Below are positions 37,013-46,014 of a stretch of 64,000 nt of DNA, piece by piece. The stretch is taken from positions 1-64,000 of IMG/VR virus record IMGVR_UViG_3300027987_000368, one strand, 5' to 3'. Within the stretch, counting starts at the first letter, position 1. The number at the start of each line of letters is the position of its first letter. A program made the position numbers and the translations under genes. The notes below the pieces were generated by a model. It saw only the letters and a list, made by a program, of their open reading frames with translations, was not told where the DNA came from and searched no databases. Source of the DNA: a virus.

Positions 37013-37927
37013 TCAGCGTCGGCGCCTAAACTCTAGCCGAAGCTCGACACCGAGTTCGCGGCACACGGCTTCGAGGGCGTCAGCCGCGGGCCAGGGGTGG
37101 CGAGGGTATGAGCCTCCGCAGCTTCTTCTCACTCGAGGCCCCCGACAGATCCGGCCAGCAGAGCTCAGCCAGCCCGCCGACCGTCGTGTCGTGCTCGAGC
37201 AGGTAGGCGTCGACGAGCTCGCGGAGCTGTTCGCCTGGGAGCTCGACGAGGGGCTGCTCGGCGGGCATCGAGCTCGGACCCGGAGCCGGTGGCCACCGGC
37301 CTTGTTCGCCACGTGCCGGATGATGTTGCTCTTGCCCGTTCCGGGCTCGCCCACCAGCAAGACCGAGCACATGTACCCCTTGGCGAGATAGGGCAGCTGG
37401 CGCAGCCAGATCCTCTCGGCCGTCCCGCTCGGCAGCGTCTCGGTGATCGGGTCAACCTGGAGCTGCGCCGGTCCGATCGCGGGCTGATGGAACTTCACCG
37501 CGGATCCCATCGCCTCCCAGGCGAATGCCCGGAGCGCAGCGATGGCCTCGTCAGGATCGCCGACCGTGAACGGACCATCGACCCACCGCTCGTACTCGAC
37601 CCACGCGACGCGGACGCCGTTGACGACTCCCGCCACGACCGTCTCGTTTTTCTTGCTCTCGCCCTCGGGAGCGACGAGGTGGTGGGCGATGCAAAGCTGG
37701 AGAAGGAAGTGCTCGAGCGGAGCTGCTCCCGGGACTGAGCGCCACCCGCTGAGCGGCGCGCGGTCGAACTTGTCGATCGCCTTTGATAGTAGCTTCGCAC
37801 CGACCGCCACGAAGCCGATCGGGCCAGTGTCCTTGTTGAGCTGCACCAGCACGTCGGCCGTGTCGCCCACCACGCGCACGCCCTTGAGCGCGAACTCGCG
37901 AATCATCCTCTTGTCGATCTTCGTCAT
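37013..37927 (-). pseudogene. AAA ATPase truncated after Walker A, joined to a frameshifted XRE-like HTH remnant
   Basis: GEPGTGKS with no Walker B; overlapping MPAEQ... (37268-37080) and DALEAVCRELGVEL lie in different frames. Confidence 0.55.
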
Positions 37928-38011
37928 GCGCGCACGACATCGCCTGACGGTGTTCGCTTCCACGCAACCAGTCGATTGGAATCACCGGCTCGGGTTTGGA
38001 CTTGCGCGCGC

Positions 38012-38599
38012 ATGAACCTCGCGTTCGAGTCCATCCGCGCCAAGCTCGAGCTCGACGTCCAGCGGCGCCTGGTCGAGCAGGTCAGGGCCGTCGCCGCGGC
38101 GTCCCCATTCGTCCAGCCCGTCGCTCGCGGCGGCCTGGCCATGAGCGTCAAGGTCACCTGCGCCGGCGAGCTCGGCTGGGTGGGCGACGGCGCCTACCAC
38201 TATAGCCGGGCCGATTCGCGCGGGAATCCGTGGCCGCCGATCCCCGCCGAGTGGACCGAGATCGCCAACCGCGTCATCGGCCGGGAGCTCACCTGGGACT
38301 GCGCGATCATCAACTGGTACGCCCCCGGCGCACGCCTGGGCGAGCACGTCGATCTCAGCGAGCGCGACCGGACCCAGCCGATCGTGACCATCTCGTTGGG
38401 CGACGCGGCGTCGTGGACGGTGCGCCGGTTCGCTGGCGCACCGATCCACCGCGCGCTCCTCGAGAGCGGCGACGTCACCGTGCTCGAGGACGACACCCGG
38501 CTTGCACTTCACTCGATCGAGCGGGTGGTCGACGCCGGGTTGTTCTCGCCGCTCGGGGTTCGTGGGCGACTTTCGATGACGCTGCGGCGCGCAGGGTGA
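38012..38599 (+). CDS. alkB: AlkB-family 2OG-Fe(II) dioxygenase
   Basis: INWY..G..LGEHVD..E, PIVTISLG, LESGD, H, RLSMTLR. Confidence 0.9.
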   Translation: MNLAFESIRAKLELDVQRRLVEQVRAVAAASPFVQPVARGGLAMSVKVTCAGELGWVGDGAYHYSRADSRGNPWPPIPAEWTEIANRVIGRELTWDCAIINWYAPGARLGEHVDLSERDRTQPIVTISLGDAASWTVRRFAGAPIHRALLESGDVTVLEDDTRLALHSIERVVDAGLFSPLGVRGRLSMTLRRAG

Positions 38600-38635
38600 G
38601 GAATACGCGCCTCCAGGCCGGGCTTGGGGATCGAC

Positions 38636-39379
38636 ATGGCGACCACGAACGAAGTTCAACAAACAGATTACAGCAGCCTGCGGGAGCATTGCGAGCAACT
38701 CGCCAGCCGTGGCAAGTGGACATGTCGACGCCGCCAAGGTGTCGCCAACGTTGCTCTCTTCAAAGATGGTCACGAGATCGAGGTCATCGCGGCGAACGTG
38801 CCAGCATGGGCTGTCGAGGTCCTGGCGATCGGCCCTCACGGTGTGCTCGCGCTTCTAGATGAGATCGATACGCTGCGGACCAGTTCTGTCACGATCGCCG
38901 AACGCGACGAGGCTCGCCGGCTCTATTGTGAGCTCGCCGGGAGCAGCGATTGTGGTCCGATGGGTGATGGTCATGCGGACGTCGCCCGCGATCACGGCTG
39001 GGGCTACCTCTACGAGACGAAGTCTGACGGCACGAGTGAGCGCGACCAGGCCGAGCGCCACGACGAGCGCGACCAGGAGCTCGAGCGGCTGCGTGCGCGG
39101 GTCGTCATCAACTCCAGCGACGTCGCTCAGGCGAAGGTCACCGCGGCCACGCGCAACGCCTGGCTGCGCGAGCGCTGCGAGGCGAGCACCGGTCCAACAC
39201 CTGGCACTACGATCTGGTCAAGGGATGGGGTCGAGGTCGCGCTCACCTGGGACGATGCGATCGATGACGGCGTGCAGCGCGGCGAGACGGCGCGCTTCAT
39301 CAACAATGTCGCGCCGATGTTTGGCCTCACCCCGTGGGCGCTTCTCGAGCAGCTTGCCGCCGCGAGCCCGAGCGAATGA
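38636..39379 (+). CDS. Ead/Ea22-like phage protein
   Basis: PHGVLALLDEIDTLR motif. Confidence 0.55.
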   Translation: MATTNEVQQTDYSSLREHCEQLASRGKWTCRRRQGVANVALFKDGHEIEVIAANVPAWAVEVLAIGPHGVLALLDEIDTLRTSSVTIAERDEARRLYCELAGSSDCGPMGDGHADVARDHGWGYLYETKSDGTSERDQAERHDERDQELERLRARVVINSSDVAQAKVTAATRNAWLRERCEASTGPTPGTTIWSRDGVEVALTWDDAIDDGVQRGETARFINNVAPMFGLTPWALLEQLAAASPSE

Positions 39380-39810
39380 CCGACTGGACCAAGCACGGCA
39401 AGGGCAAGGTCGGCCGCTACGACTCGCACCCGAGCGGCTGGCAGATCCGCCATTGCGGGCACCCCACCGCGCACTGGCCCTGGTACGCGCTGGCGCCAAC
39501 CGGCGAGCGTGTGTGCAGCGAGAGCGGCTTCGCGTGGCGCAAGCTCGCCGAGGCGCACGAGCACGTAGACCAGGCCATCGCGGGCGAGCGCGTGCTCAGC
39601 TACGCGCGTTGGTCCGGGTGTGGAAGGGAGATCTACGGCCGGCTCGTCTGGCGCTGCTATGCCTGCGACGCCCCGGCGGCCGGGCGCGCGATCCCTGGCG
39701 GCGACCCGCGGACACCGAGCAAGCCAGCATGCGAGCGGCACCGTTGGGCCGAACTCGGGGCTGACTCTCGCCGCCGGCTGGACGGGGCCGAACCCATGGC
39801 GGCGCCATGA
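39376..39810 (+). CDS. Hypothetical protein
   Basis: ATGA overlaps on both sides. Confidence 0.6.
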   Translation: MTDWTKHGKGKVGRYDSHPSGWQIRHCGHPTAHWPWYALAPTGERVCSESGFAWRKLAEAHEHVDQAIAGERVLSYARWSGCGREIYGRLVWRCYACDAPAAGRAIPGGDPRTPSKPACERHRWAELGADSRRRLDGAEPMAAP

Positions 39811-40421
39811 CCGACGCGCCGATCGTCGAGCTCAAGCCCGTCGTCGGCCTCGACGGCGCGTGCGCCAGCTGGGGGGCGAACTGTGGCCCGGGAGCCATCG
39901 CCGCTGCGCTCGGGGTGGGCATCGACCGTGTGCGCGGGGCCGTCTCGAGCAGCGGGAAGTTCAAGGGCTACATGGGCGTGCGCGACTTTCGAGCTGCGAT
40001 CCCGAGCGCGGGCGGGCGGATCGTCCGCCAGAGGTCGAAGCCGATCGGGCCGACCGACGTCTTCGACCTATGGCACGCTATGTCCGCCGCCACCGAGGAC
40101 CTCGAGGGCAAGCCGGTCATCGTGCTCTTGCGGTTCTGCGGGCCCTGGGACAGCGTGCCGCGGGCGGCCGCGACCTACCGCCACGCGATCGCCTACCGCC
40201 GGGTGTTCTTCCGCAGCCGCGATTACTGGACCCAGAGCGCCTACGGGCCCGGCTGGGTCTTCGACGTCAACAACCACGAGCGCGACGACGCGACGTGCTG
40301 GCTGCCATCCCAGGCCTGGCGCAACCAAGTCTTGATCGATCTGCTGCCAGCGCGCGGCAACGGCCTGGTCGCGGTCGACTGGATGGCCCAGGTCGAGCGC
40401 GTGGAATCGACCGGCGCGTGA
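39807..40421 (+). CDS. Putative papain-fold (C39-like) protein
   Basis: NCGPGAIAAALG ... RHAIAY ... VFDVN. Confidence 0.5.
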   Translation: MTDAPIVELKPVVGLDGACASWGANCGPGAIAAALGVGIDRVRGAVSSSGKFKGYMGVRDFRAAIPSAGGRIVRQRSKPIGPTDVFDLWHAMSAATEDLEGKPVIVLLRFCGPWDSVPRAAATYRHAIAYRRVFFRSRDYWTQSAYGPGWVFDVNNHERDDATCWLPSQAWRNQVLIDLLPARGNGLVAVDWMAQVERVESTGA

Positions 40422-40436
40422 GCAGATTGCGCCCGC

Positions 40437-41675
40437 ATGACAACCGACGTCACCTTCGCCATCGCCACCGCAAGCTCCCCAGACGAGGTGCCCGACTGGG
40501 TTCCCGAAGGCATGGCCGACGAGGCCCGAGACAGGCTCGCGAGCAACTACAACGAGCGAACGGTCATGTTCATCATCAAGACGAAGATGGTCCATCTCGG
40601 AGGGCACAAGGGCCTCATTGAGGATCCGCCGGCCCAGCTGCCGCCCATCAAGAAGTGTCACGAGCTGATGGCCAGTCGCGACCTCGATGGCCTCGACATG
40701 CTCGAAGAACGTCGTCAGCTTGCGGCGGCCGTGGATGATGCGATGGACGCCCTCGAAGAAGCTGGACGGGCGATGGCGCAAGCGGCCAAGTTCTTGCTCG
40801 CCGACGCCATGCGCCGGTCCGAACTCTCGAAGGCCGCCGCGCAGCTCGAGGCCGATCTTCACCTGGCCCGATCGAATGGCCAATCGGATTTCATCGAGGG
40901 CCAGCGCTTCGTGGCCAGCGCGCTCACTCCCGAGGCCCGCGCATGGGCGGACCATACCCAGCTGAGTTTGGAGGCCGGAAACGCAGAACCTACGCCTGAG
41001 CAGTGGTCGGTTCTGCGAGCTGAGAACATCGACCACGAGACGTTCGTGACCAGCTACGGGCGAGCTGGTGAGCGCATCGACGCGCATCACGATGTCCTGA
41101 CCGCTCGACTTTGCGAGTTCACCAGCGCCGATGACATCGAACGGATGGCCGCACGCGGCGCGATGGCTGTCGTGCTCGCGCAGCTCACAGCCGCGCGGCT
41201 CGACCTCGCCAACGCTCGCGCAGAACGTGACCGGGCAGAGATGGCCAACAGCGACGCCATCGGGTCTCCATGCGAGCTCGACACCGAGCCCGAGCCCGAG
41301 CCCGAGTGGCGCGGGTTCCCCCGCGACCGCGAGGAGCTCGGCTACGAGCGCACATCCGCGTGGATGGCGCTCGGCCGGCGCGGCGATCAGCGAGGAGACG
41401 AACCGCACATGACCCAGGCTCTCCGCCCCTCAAACACCCGCCCCTCAACTTCGACAAAGCTCACCATGTTCAACTTCGGCGACGCAATCACGATCCTCAA
41501 GGCCGGCGGCCGCGTCCAACGGCAAGGCTGGAACGGAAAGGGCATGCACCTCTACTTGGTCAGCTTCCCGAGCTGCGAGCCCTGCATCGTCCTGCACACG
41601 GCTGCTGGCCTCGAGCAGCCCGGCTGGAACGCGAGCACGGCCGACGTCCTGGCCAACGACTGGATCGAGCTGTGA
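40437..41675 (+). CDS. Hypothetical protein with C-terminal DUF2829 (Tad2-like) domain (41466-41675)
   Basis: FNFGDAITILKAGGRVQRQGWNGKGM...GWNASTADVLANDW. Confidence 0.8.
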   Translation: MTTDVTFAIATASSPDEVPDWVPEGMADEARDRLASNYNERTVMFIIKTKMVHLGGHKGLIEDPPAQLPPIKKCHELMASRDLDGLDMLEERRQLAAAVDDAMDALEEAGRAMAQAAKFLLADAMRRSELSKAAAQLEADLHLARSNGQSDFIEGQRFVASALTPEARAWADHTQLSLEAGNAEPTPEQWSVLRAENIDHETFVTSYGRAGERIDAHHDVLTARLCEFTSADDIERMAARGAMAVVLAQLTAARLDLANARAERDRAEMANSDAIGSPCELDTEPEPEPEWRGFPRDREELGYERTSAWMALGRRGDQRGDEPHMTQALRPSNTRPSTSTKLTMFNFGDAITILKAGGRVQRQGWNGKGMHLYLVSFPSCEPCIVLHTAAGLEQPGWNASTADVLANDWIEL

Positions 41676-41817
41676 ACCGCGAGAAGCGAAGCCCCGAACA
41701 CGTCCGCCAGCTCAACGGCGTCCGCGTACGGTCAATGATCGTCGACGTTGACGGCGGCTCACCGGATGATCTCGCGCTCGAGCAGGGTCTTGATCTCGTC
41801 CGGCGAGCTGCCGGGCC

Positions 41818-42156
41818 ATGACCAGCGAGAAGCGCCCCGGCCCCGAGTGGACCCCGATCCCCTGGCCGACCGGCGCCCCGGGCCCGACGGCCAGCGCCTG
41901 GCGGTGCGGCCCGATCGTCGCGCTGTCCGAACTCGTCGTCGCCGAGTACCCCGATGGCGTCGGCGAGGGCCCGCAGTGGATCGTCTCGATCTCCAGCAGC
42001 GGCAAGCGGCCCAAGCCGAAGCAGGTGCGCAAGGCGCTCCGATCCTTCGACATGGTAGCGACCGAGGAGGACTGCCATCACCCACAAACCGGGCGAGCGC
42101 GGCAACCTGACCAGCAAGGCGCGACGGTTGGTATCTCGCTGACATCGGCCACCTAG
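41818..42156 (+). CDS. Hypothetical protein
   Basis: ORF. Confidence 0.5.
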   Translation: MTSEKRPGPEWTPIPWPTGAPGPTASAWRCGPIVALSELVVAEYPDGVGEGPQWIVSISSSGKRPKPKQVRKALRSFDMVATEEDCHHPQTGRARQPDQQGATVGISLTSAT

Positions 42157-42174
42157 CTATGCTTCAGAGGCCGA

Positions 42175-42243
42175 TGTCCCTCGACATGTCCCTTGTGTCC
42201 CCCGGCGTGAAACCCGGCGTGTCCCTTGTGTCCCCTGTGTCCC
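42175..42243. repeat. Six direct TGTCCC repeats (iteron-like)
   Basis: Copies at 42175, 42187, 42196, 42220, 42229, 42238. Confidence 0.85.
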
Positions 42244-42258
42244 ACGCGGTGTTACGAT

Positions 42259-43023
42259 GTGGTTGTGAAGCTCGAGCCCACGGACACGCGACCATCGGAG
42301 ATCCTGCGCCTTGTCGGGTCTGGCCTCACAGCAAAGGACGCGGCGGCCGAGGTCGGGATCAGCCGCAAGACGGTCACTCGGTGGCGACAGGGGTTGGCCG
42401 GGTTTGCCGCGGCATGCGATCGAGCTGCAGTTCTGAGCAGCGGCACGTCGCCAGCGGAGCGATCCGCGCTCGACTTGCTCGTGCGGACGTGGACCCCCGG
42501 CGGCCTGGTCAGCGCGCAGCATGAAGAGCCCACCCAGCCTGGCCAGCCTGGCCAACCCGAGGCTCTCGAGCAAGAGCCGGCTACGGACTCGGTCGCAAAA
42601 CCGGAAGCGGCACCATCGCCGTCGAGCACCGTGGACCCAGACGTGCTCGATGTACGGGGGAAAGAGCTCGCAGTCGCCCGCCGATCTCCAGCTGCCGAGC
42701 CAGAGTCTCCCTACACGACGGCGCGTCCGCCCACGCCAGCCGAGTGGCTTGCGGAGATGGCATTGCTCAGCAAGGACTCGTCGCAGCCAGCTCAGGTCCG
42801 GGCGGTGGCGATCGCAGCGGTGAGCTCTGGCGTGCTCGGCGGGCCAGTGAGGCGGCCAGTCGAGGCCGAGCAGGTGCCCAGCCAGGTCCGCGGCCGTGAC
42901 CCAGGCGTGCCGGCGAGCGTCTGGAAGGAGGCGCGAAAGAACTTCCTCGGCCCAGCTCCAGACGACAAGCCGGACGCGGCTCCTGGCGGTGACGTCGTCG
43001 AGTTCGAGCGGGCGCCTGGCTAG
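42259..43023 (+). CDS. HTH protein, possible small terminase subunit
   Basis: SGLTAKDAAAEVGISRKTVTRWRQ..AGFAAA; start uncertain. Confidence 0.55.
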   Translation: MVVKLEPTDTRPSEILRLVGSGLTAKDAAAEVGISRKTVTRWRQGLAGFAAACDRAAVLSSGTSPAERSALDLLVRTWTPGGLVSAQHEEPTQPGQPGQPEALEQEPATDSVAKPEAAPSPSSTVDPDVLDVRGKELAVARRSPAAEPESPYTTARPPTPAEWLAEMALLSKDSSQPAQVRAVAIAAVSSGVLGGPVRRPVEAEQVPSQVRGRDPGVPASVWKEARKNFLGPAPDDKPDAAPGGDVVEFERAPG

Positions 43024-43057
43024 ACCGGACCGCGCAGCCCCGTGATACCGTCTGCTC

Positions 43058-43432
43058 ATGGCCTCCGAATTCGTGCTCTTGACGCAGACCCAGGTCACGC
43101 CCCGGCTGCGTATCGGCTACCGCGTGAGCGTCGGAGCTCGCTGCCTGGCCAAGCGCTCGGGGCCCGGGCTGATCGGGATCGAGATCCGGCGGGGCGATGG
43201 CGGGGGCCCAGAGTTCTACCCCGACGTCGTCGATTACCTGATCTACGGACCGGTTCTTGCGGGCGAGGAACTCGAGCTCAAGCTGGGGGCGATCGACATG
43301 GTCGACGCGGGGTCTTACCCCCGCACCTACATGCTGCGCTTGGTGGCGATCGGCGGGGTTGACGACGTCAACGTGCGCGACGCGAACATCGCGACGTCTC
43401 CGTATTCGGAGCCCGGGCTTGTCCCGCCGTAG
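43058..43432 (+). CDS. Hypothetical beta-rich protein
   Basis: ORF convergent with the tail operon. Confidence 0.55.
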   Translation: MASEFVLLTQTQVTPRLRIGYRVSVGARCLAKRSGPGLIGIEIRRGDGGGPEFYPDVVDYLIYGPVLAGEELELKLGAIDMVDAGSYPRTYMLRLVAIGGVDDVNVRDANIATSPYSEPGLVPP

Positions 43433-43498
43433 GAACGACTTCGCCGGGTCGGTCATTGCTGCGTGGTCTACGGCGCGAGCTCAAGCGCCAAGGCGTGA

Positions 43499-44089
43499 TC
43501 ACGTGAACGTGTAGATCGCGTGGAAGCCAGCCTGCAGCTGGCCATTGATCAGGTCTTGTAGAGCCTGGTCCTGCGCCGCCCCGAGGCTCGTCGCGGTCAC
43601 CTGCATGGTGACCTTCCACAGGCCGCCGGCGAGGTAGTCGTCGGCGACGCTGACCGTCGTGAAGGGGTCAGCGGCCGGTGTCACCACGGCGTCGAGGTAG
43701 CCAGCATCGACGCACACGCTGGTGTAGTACTCGGCATTCACACCGCCCTCAGCTCGCATTTTGGCGAGGACCGTCGCGCGCCGCTCGTCGAGCGTCTGCC
43801 CGTCGACCGGCACGATCGCTCGTTCGGCCTCGCGCTCGGCGAGCAGAATGTCCGCCGTCCGCGGATCATATTGTCGCTCGAGCACCTCCCGAGCTCGACG
43901 AAGCCGCGAGAAGAACCGCGCGATCGCTCGGGCTGTGGCGGGAAGCCAGCCGACCGTGCGATTCCAGTACTCGCCAAGCGGAAACTGGCGTAGTACCTCG
44001 GCCAGCTCGGCCACCGACGTCACGTTGAGGAACGCCAGGTCGCTGGTGGATTCGACTTCTTGCTCACCGTAGATGTCGATAAATGCCAT
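43499..44089 (-). CDS. Mu gp48/YmfQ-like baseplate protein
   Basis: P.G..W, DPRTA..LL, TLDERRATVLAKM...GG. Confidence 0.8.
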   Translation of the reverse strand: MAFIDIYGEQEVESTSDLAFLNVTSVAELAEVLRQFPLGEYWNRTVGWLPATARAIARFFSRLRRAREVLERQYDPRTADILLAEREAERAIVPVDGQTLDERRATVLAKMRAEGGVNAEYYTSVCVDAGYLDAVVTPAADPFTTVSVADDYLAGGLWKVTMQVTATSLGAAQDQALQDLINGQLQAGFHAIYTFT

Positions 44090-44090
44090 G

Positions 44091-44498
44091 TCACACGTCC
44101 CGAACGCGAACTACGATCGCGCCGATCTGGAACCTGGCTTCCTCGCCAATGCCGGAAAACACGACAGGCGTTGGCGCACCGATGAAGTCCGTTATTTGCC
44201 CAGCGCGAAGCAGGTTACCGGCCACCGATGCATCGAAGATCGCCCAGTAGTCGGCGCTGCCTGCCTCTGTGATCGTCGGAAACTCGATCGGTGATGCGTT
44301 TGATCGCGCCGACTTGCCGACGCCAGGAACCGACGTGGTCCAGTCCTGGTGCGCCGCGCGAGCATAGCCGGCCAAAGTGATCTCGACACCGGGAGCTCCT
44401 GGGTCGATGGGGTTGCCGAGGTACAGGGCGATGTACCGATCCGTGCCGGCCGGCAAAACGCCAGCGAGCATGTAGGCCCGGCCGACTTCAGGATCCAT
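44091..44498 (-). CDS. Small tail-associated protein
   Basis: YIALYLGNP...EITLAGYAR...IEFP...WAIFDASVAGNLL. Confidence 0.65.
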   Translation of the reverse strand: MDPEVGRAYMLAGVLPAGTDRYIALYLGNPIDPGAPGVEITLAGYARAAHQDWTTSVPGVGKSARSNASPIEFPTITEAGSADYWAIFDASVAGNLLRAGQITDFIGAPTPVVFSGIGEEARFQIGAIVVRVRDV

Positions 44499-44510
44499 TG
44501 CTCGCCTTGT

Positions 44511-45611
44511 TCATGGTGGTTCCGTCCACGTTATTGTACCTGGAACGAGCAGCGATGTCGCCCCTACGACCGTGTCGTAGGGCCCATATCCGCCCAGTCC
44601 GTCGCTCACGAAAAGGCGGTGATGCTGCTCTCCTGCTGCCCGGTCGACCGCCTTCACCAGGTCGTCGTAGTAGGCAATCCCCCCTGGCTCGACGTCCGCG
44701 AGCGCGAGCGCGAGGGACTGCGTGACAGCGTTTTGGATATCGACCGTGTCCGGCGTCAGCACGATGTAGGGGTCGAGGTTTTGCAGCACGGGCCCTTGAA
44801 CGAACACCCCATGCAGGCCAGCTGGCTTGAGCGCGGTCAGGGATGCCTCGACCGTGGCTATCAGAGCGGGGCTGGGGACCGGCGAGTCGCCGGGGTCTGT
44901 GGGGTCCCACTCCTGCGCGATGACCACGAGCACCGTGCCGATCCCAAAGGCGGCGTCGAAGGCCCATGCCTGCGCCACGCCTGCTACGTCGGTCGACCAG
45001 CCGATGTAGTCTTGCTCGCTCCCACCGAGCGGGACCGACTGAATCTTGAAGAGCGTGCGCAAGCCCACCGATTCGGCATCCTCGGCGTCGAAGCCATCGG
45101 TGATCCCGTCTTCGCCCGCCGTGCCGAGCACGATGACGTCAGCATCCACACCAGCTGGCGGCGACGGAAACGTGAGCACGGTGCCCGTCGCCGTGTTGCC
45201 GATCGATCCAGCCTCGGAAGCGGTGATGGTGATTGTCACCTCGCCAGTGACAAGCACGACGAATGGCGCCTGCGTCAAGAATTCTGTGCCGTCGTCTCGA
45301 GCGACCACGGTCAGCGCCGGAATCACGCTCCCGGCCACGCCGGTCGCTCGGCCCAGGCCGGTCGCAGAGGTGGCCGGGTTCGGGGTGACCCCGTAGATCG
45401 CAGCCCACAGCAATTTGAAGGCAGCGTCAGCGAGATCGACAAACATCTGCCGCGCCTCCCATTGCAGGATGCGCAAGTACAGGTATCCGATAGCCGCGAG
45501 CGCGAAGGCGATTGCCTCTCGAATCCGGCTTCCGAGCGTCCCGTTGATCTCGGTCTCGACGTCGTCGCGGGCGAGCTGACGCAGCTGTTTCAGTGTTGGG
45601 ATCGTGAACAT
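44511..45611 (-). CDS. Baseplate J / Mu gp47-like protein
   Basis: PTLKQL, ASEAGSIGN, GFDAED, GGSEQDYIGW...GVAQAW, GTVLV. Confidence 0.9.
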   Translation of the reverse strand: MFTIPTLKQLRQLARDDVETEINGTLGSRIREAIAFALAAIGYLYLRILQWEARQMFVDLADAAFKLLWAAIYGVTPNPATSATGLGRATGVAGSVIPALTVVARDDGTEFLTQAPFVVLVTGEVTITITASEAGSIGNTATGTVLTFPSPPAGVDADVIVLGTAGEDGITDGFDAEDAESVGLRTLFKIQSVPLGGSEQDYIGWSTDVAGVAQAWAFDAAFGIGTVLVVIAQEWDPTDPGDSPVPSPALIATVEASLTALKPAGLHGVFVQGPVLQNLDPYIVLTPDTVDIQNAVTQSLALALADVEPGGIAYYDDLVKAVDRAAGEQHHRLFVSDGLGGYGPYDTVVGATSLLVPGTITWTEPP

Positions 45612-45612
45612 C

Positions 45613-46014
45613 TCAGCCGCCTCCCTGCGGCAACACAACGGCACCCTCGGCCACGCCGTTGCTACCGGTACGCGTGATTGCCCATCGCATCGTCAGTTCG
45701 TTGGCGGCCGTCTGTGTGACTGTGACGTCGACGCTCGACGCATGAAGCGGCACAAACGCGGCGCGAAGGGCTGACTCGTAGCGCTCCTTGAGCAACTCGC
45801 GCGTGCTGGCGACGAGCGGTTGTGCAAAGCTCAGCCACGCGCGCGAGCTCGCCCCCTCGTGCCGACGACACAACCACTGCTGGTGCCGGCGGCTGTCCCG
45901 TGGCCGAACCGTGGAGCGCTCTGGGGCGTCAGTGAAGCAGACCGCCAGCACTTCCTCGGTCAGGGCGTCGAGCTGCTGGCCGGCGAGTTCGTAGACTGGT
46001 TTGGCGTTGGTCAT
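45613..46014 (-). CDS. Mu gp46-like baseplate protein
   Basis: CFTDA, SRAWL; position in the module. Confidence 0.6.
   Translation of the reverse strand: MTNAKPVYELAGQQLDALTEEVLAVCFTDAPERSTVRPRDSRRHQQWLCRRHEGASSRAWLSFAQPLVASTRELLKERYESALRAAFVPLHASSVDVTVTQTAANELTMRWAITRTGSNGVAEGAVVLPQGGG

Noticed and set aside
42157-43098. 313-aa minus-strand ORF ending in GTQGTQGT
   Set aside because: Arg/Trp-rich shadow of the HTH gene; the repeat is better explained as DNA iterons
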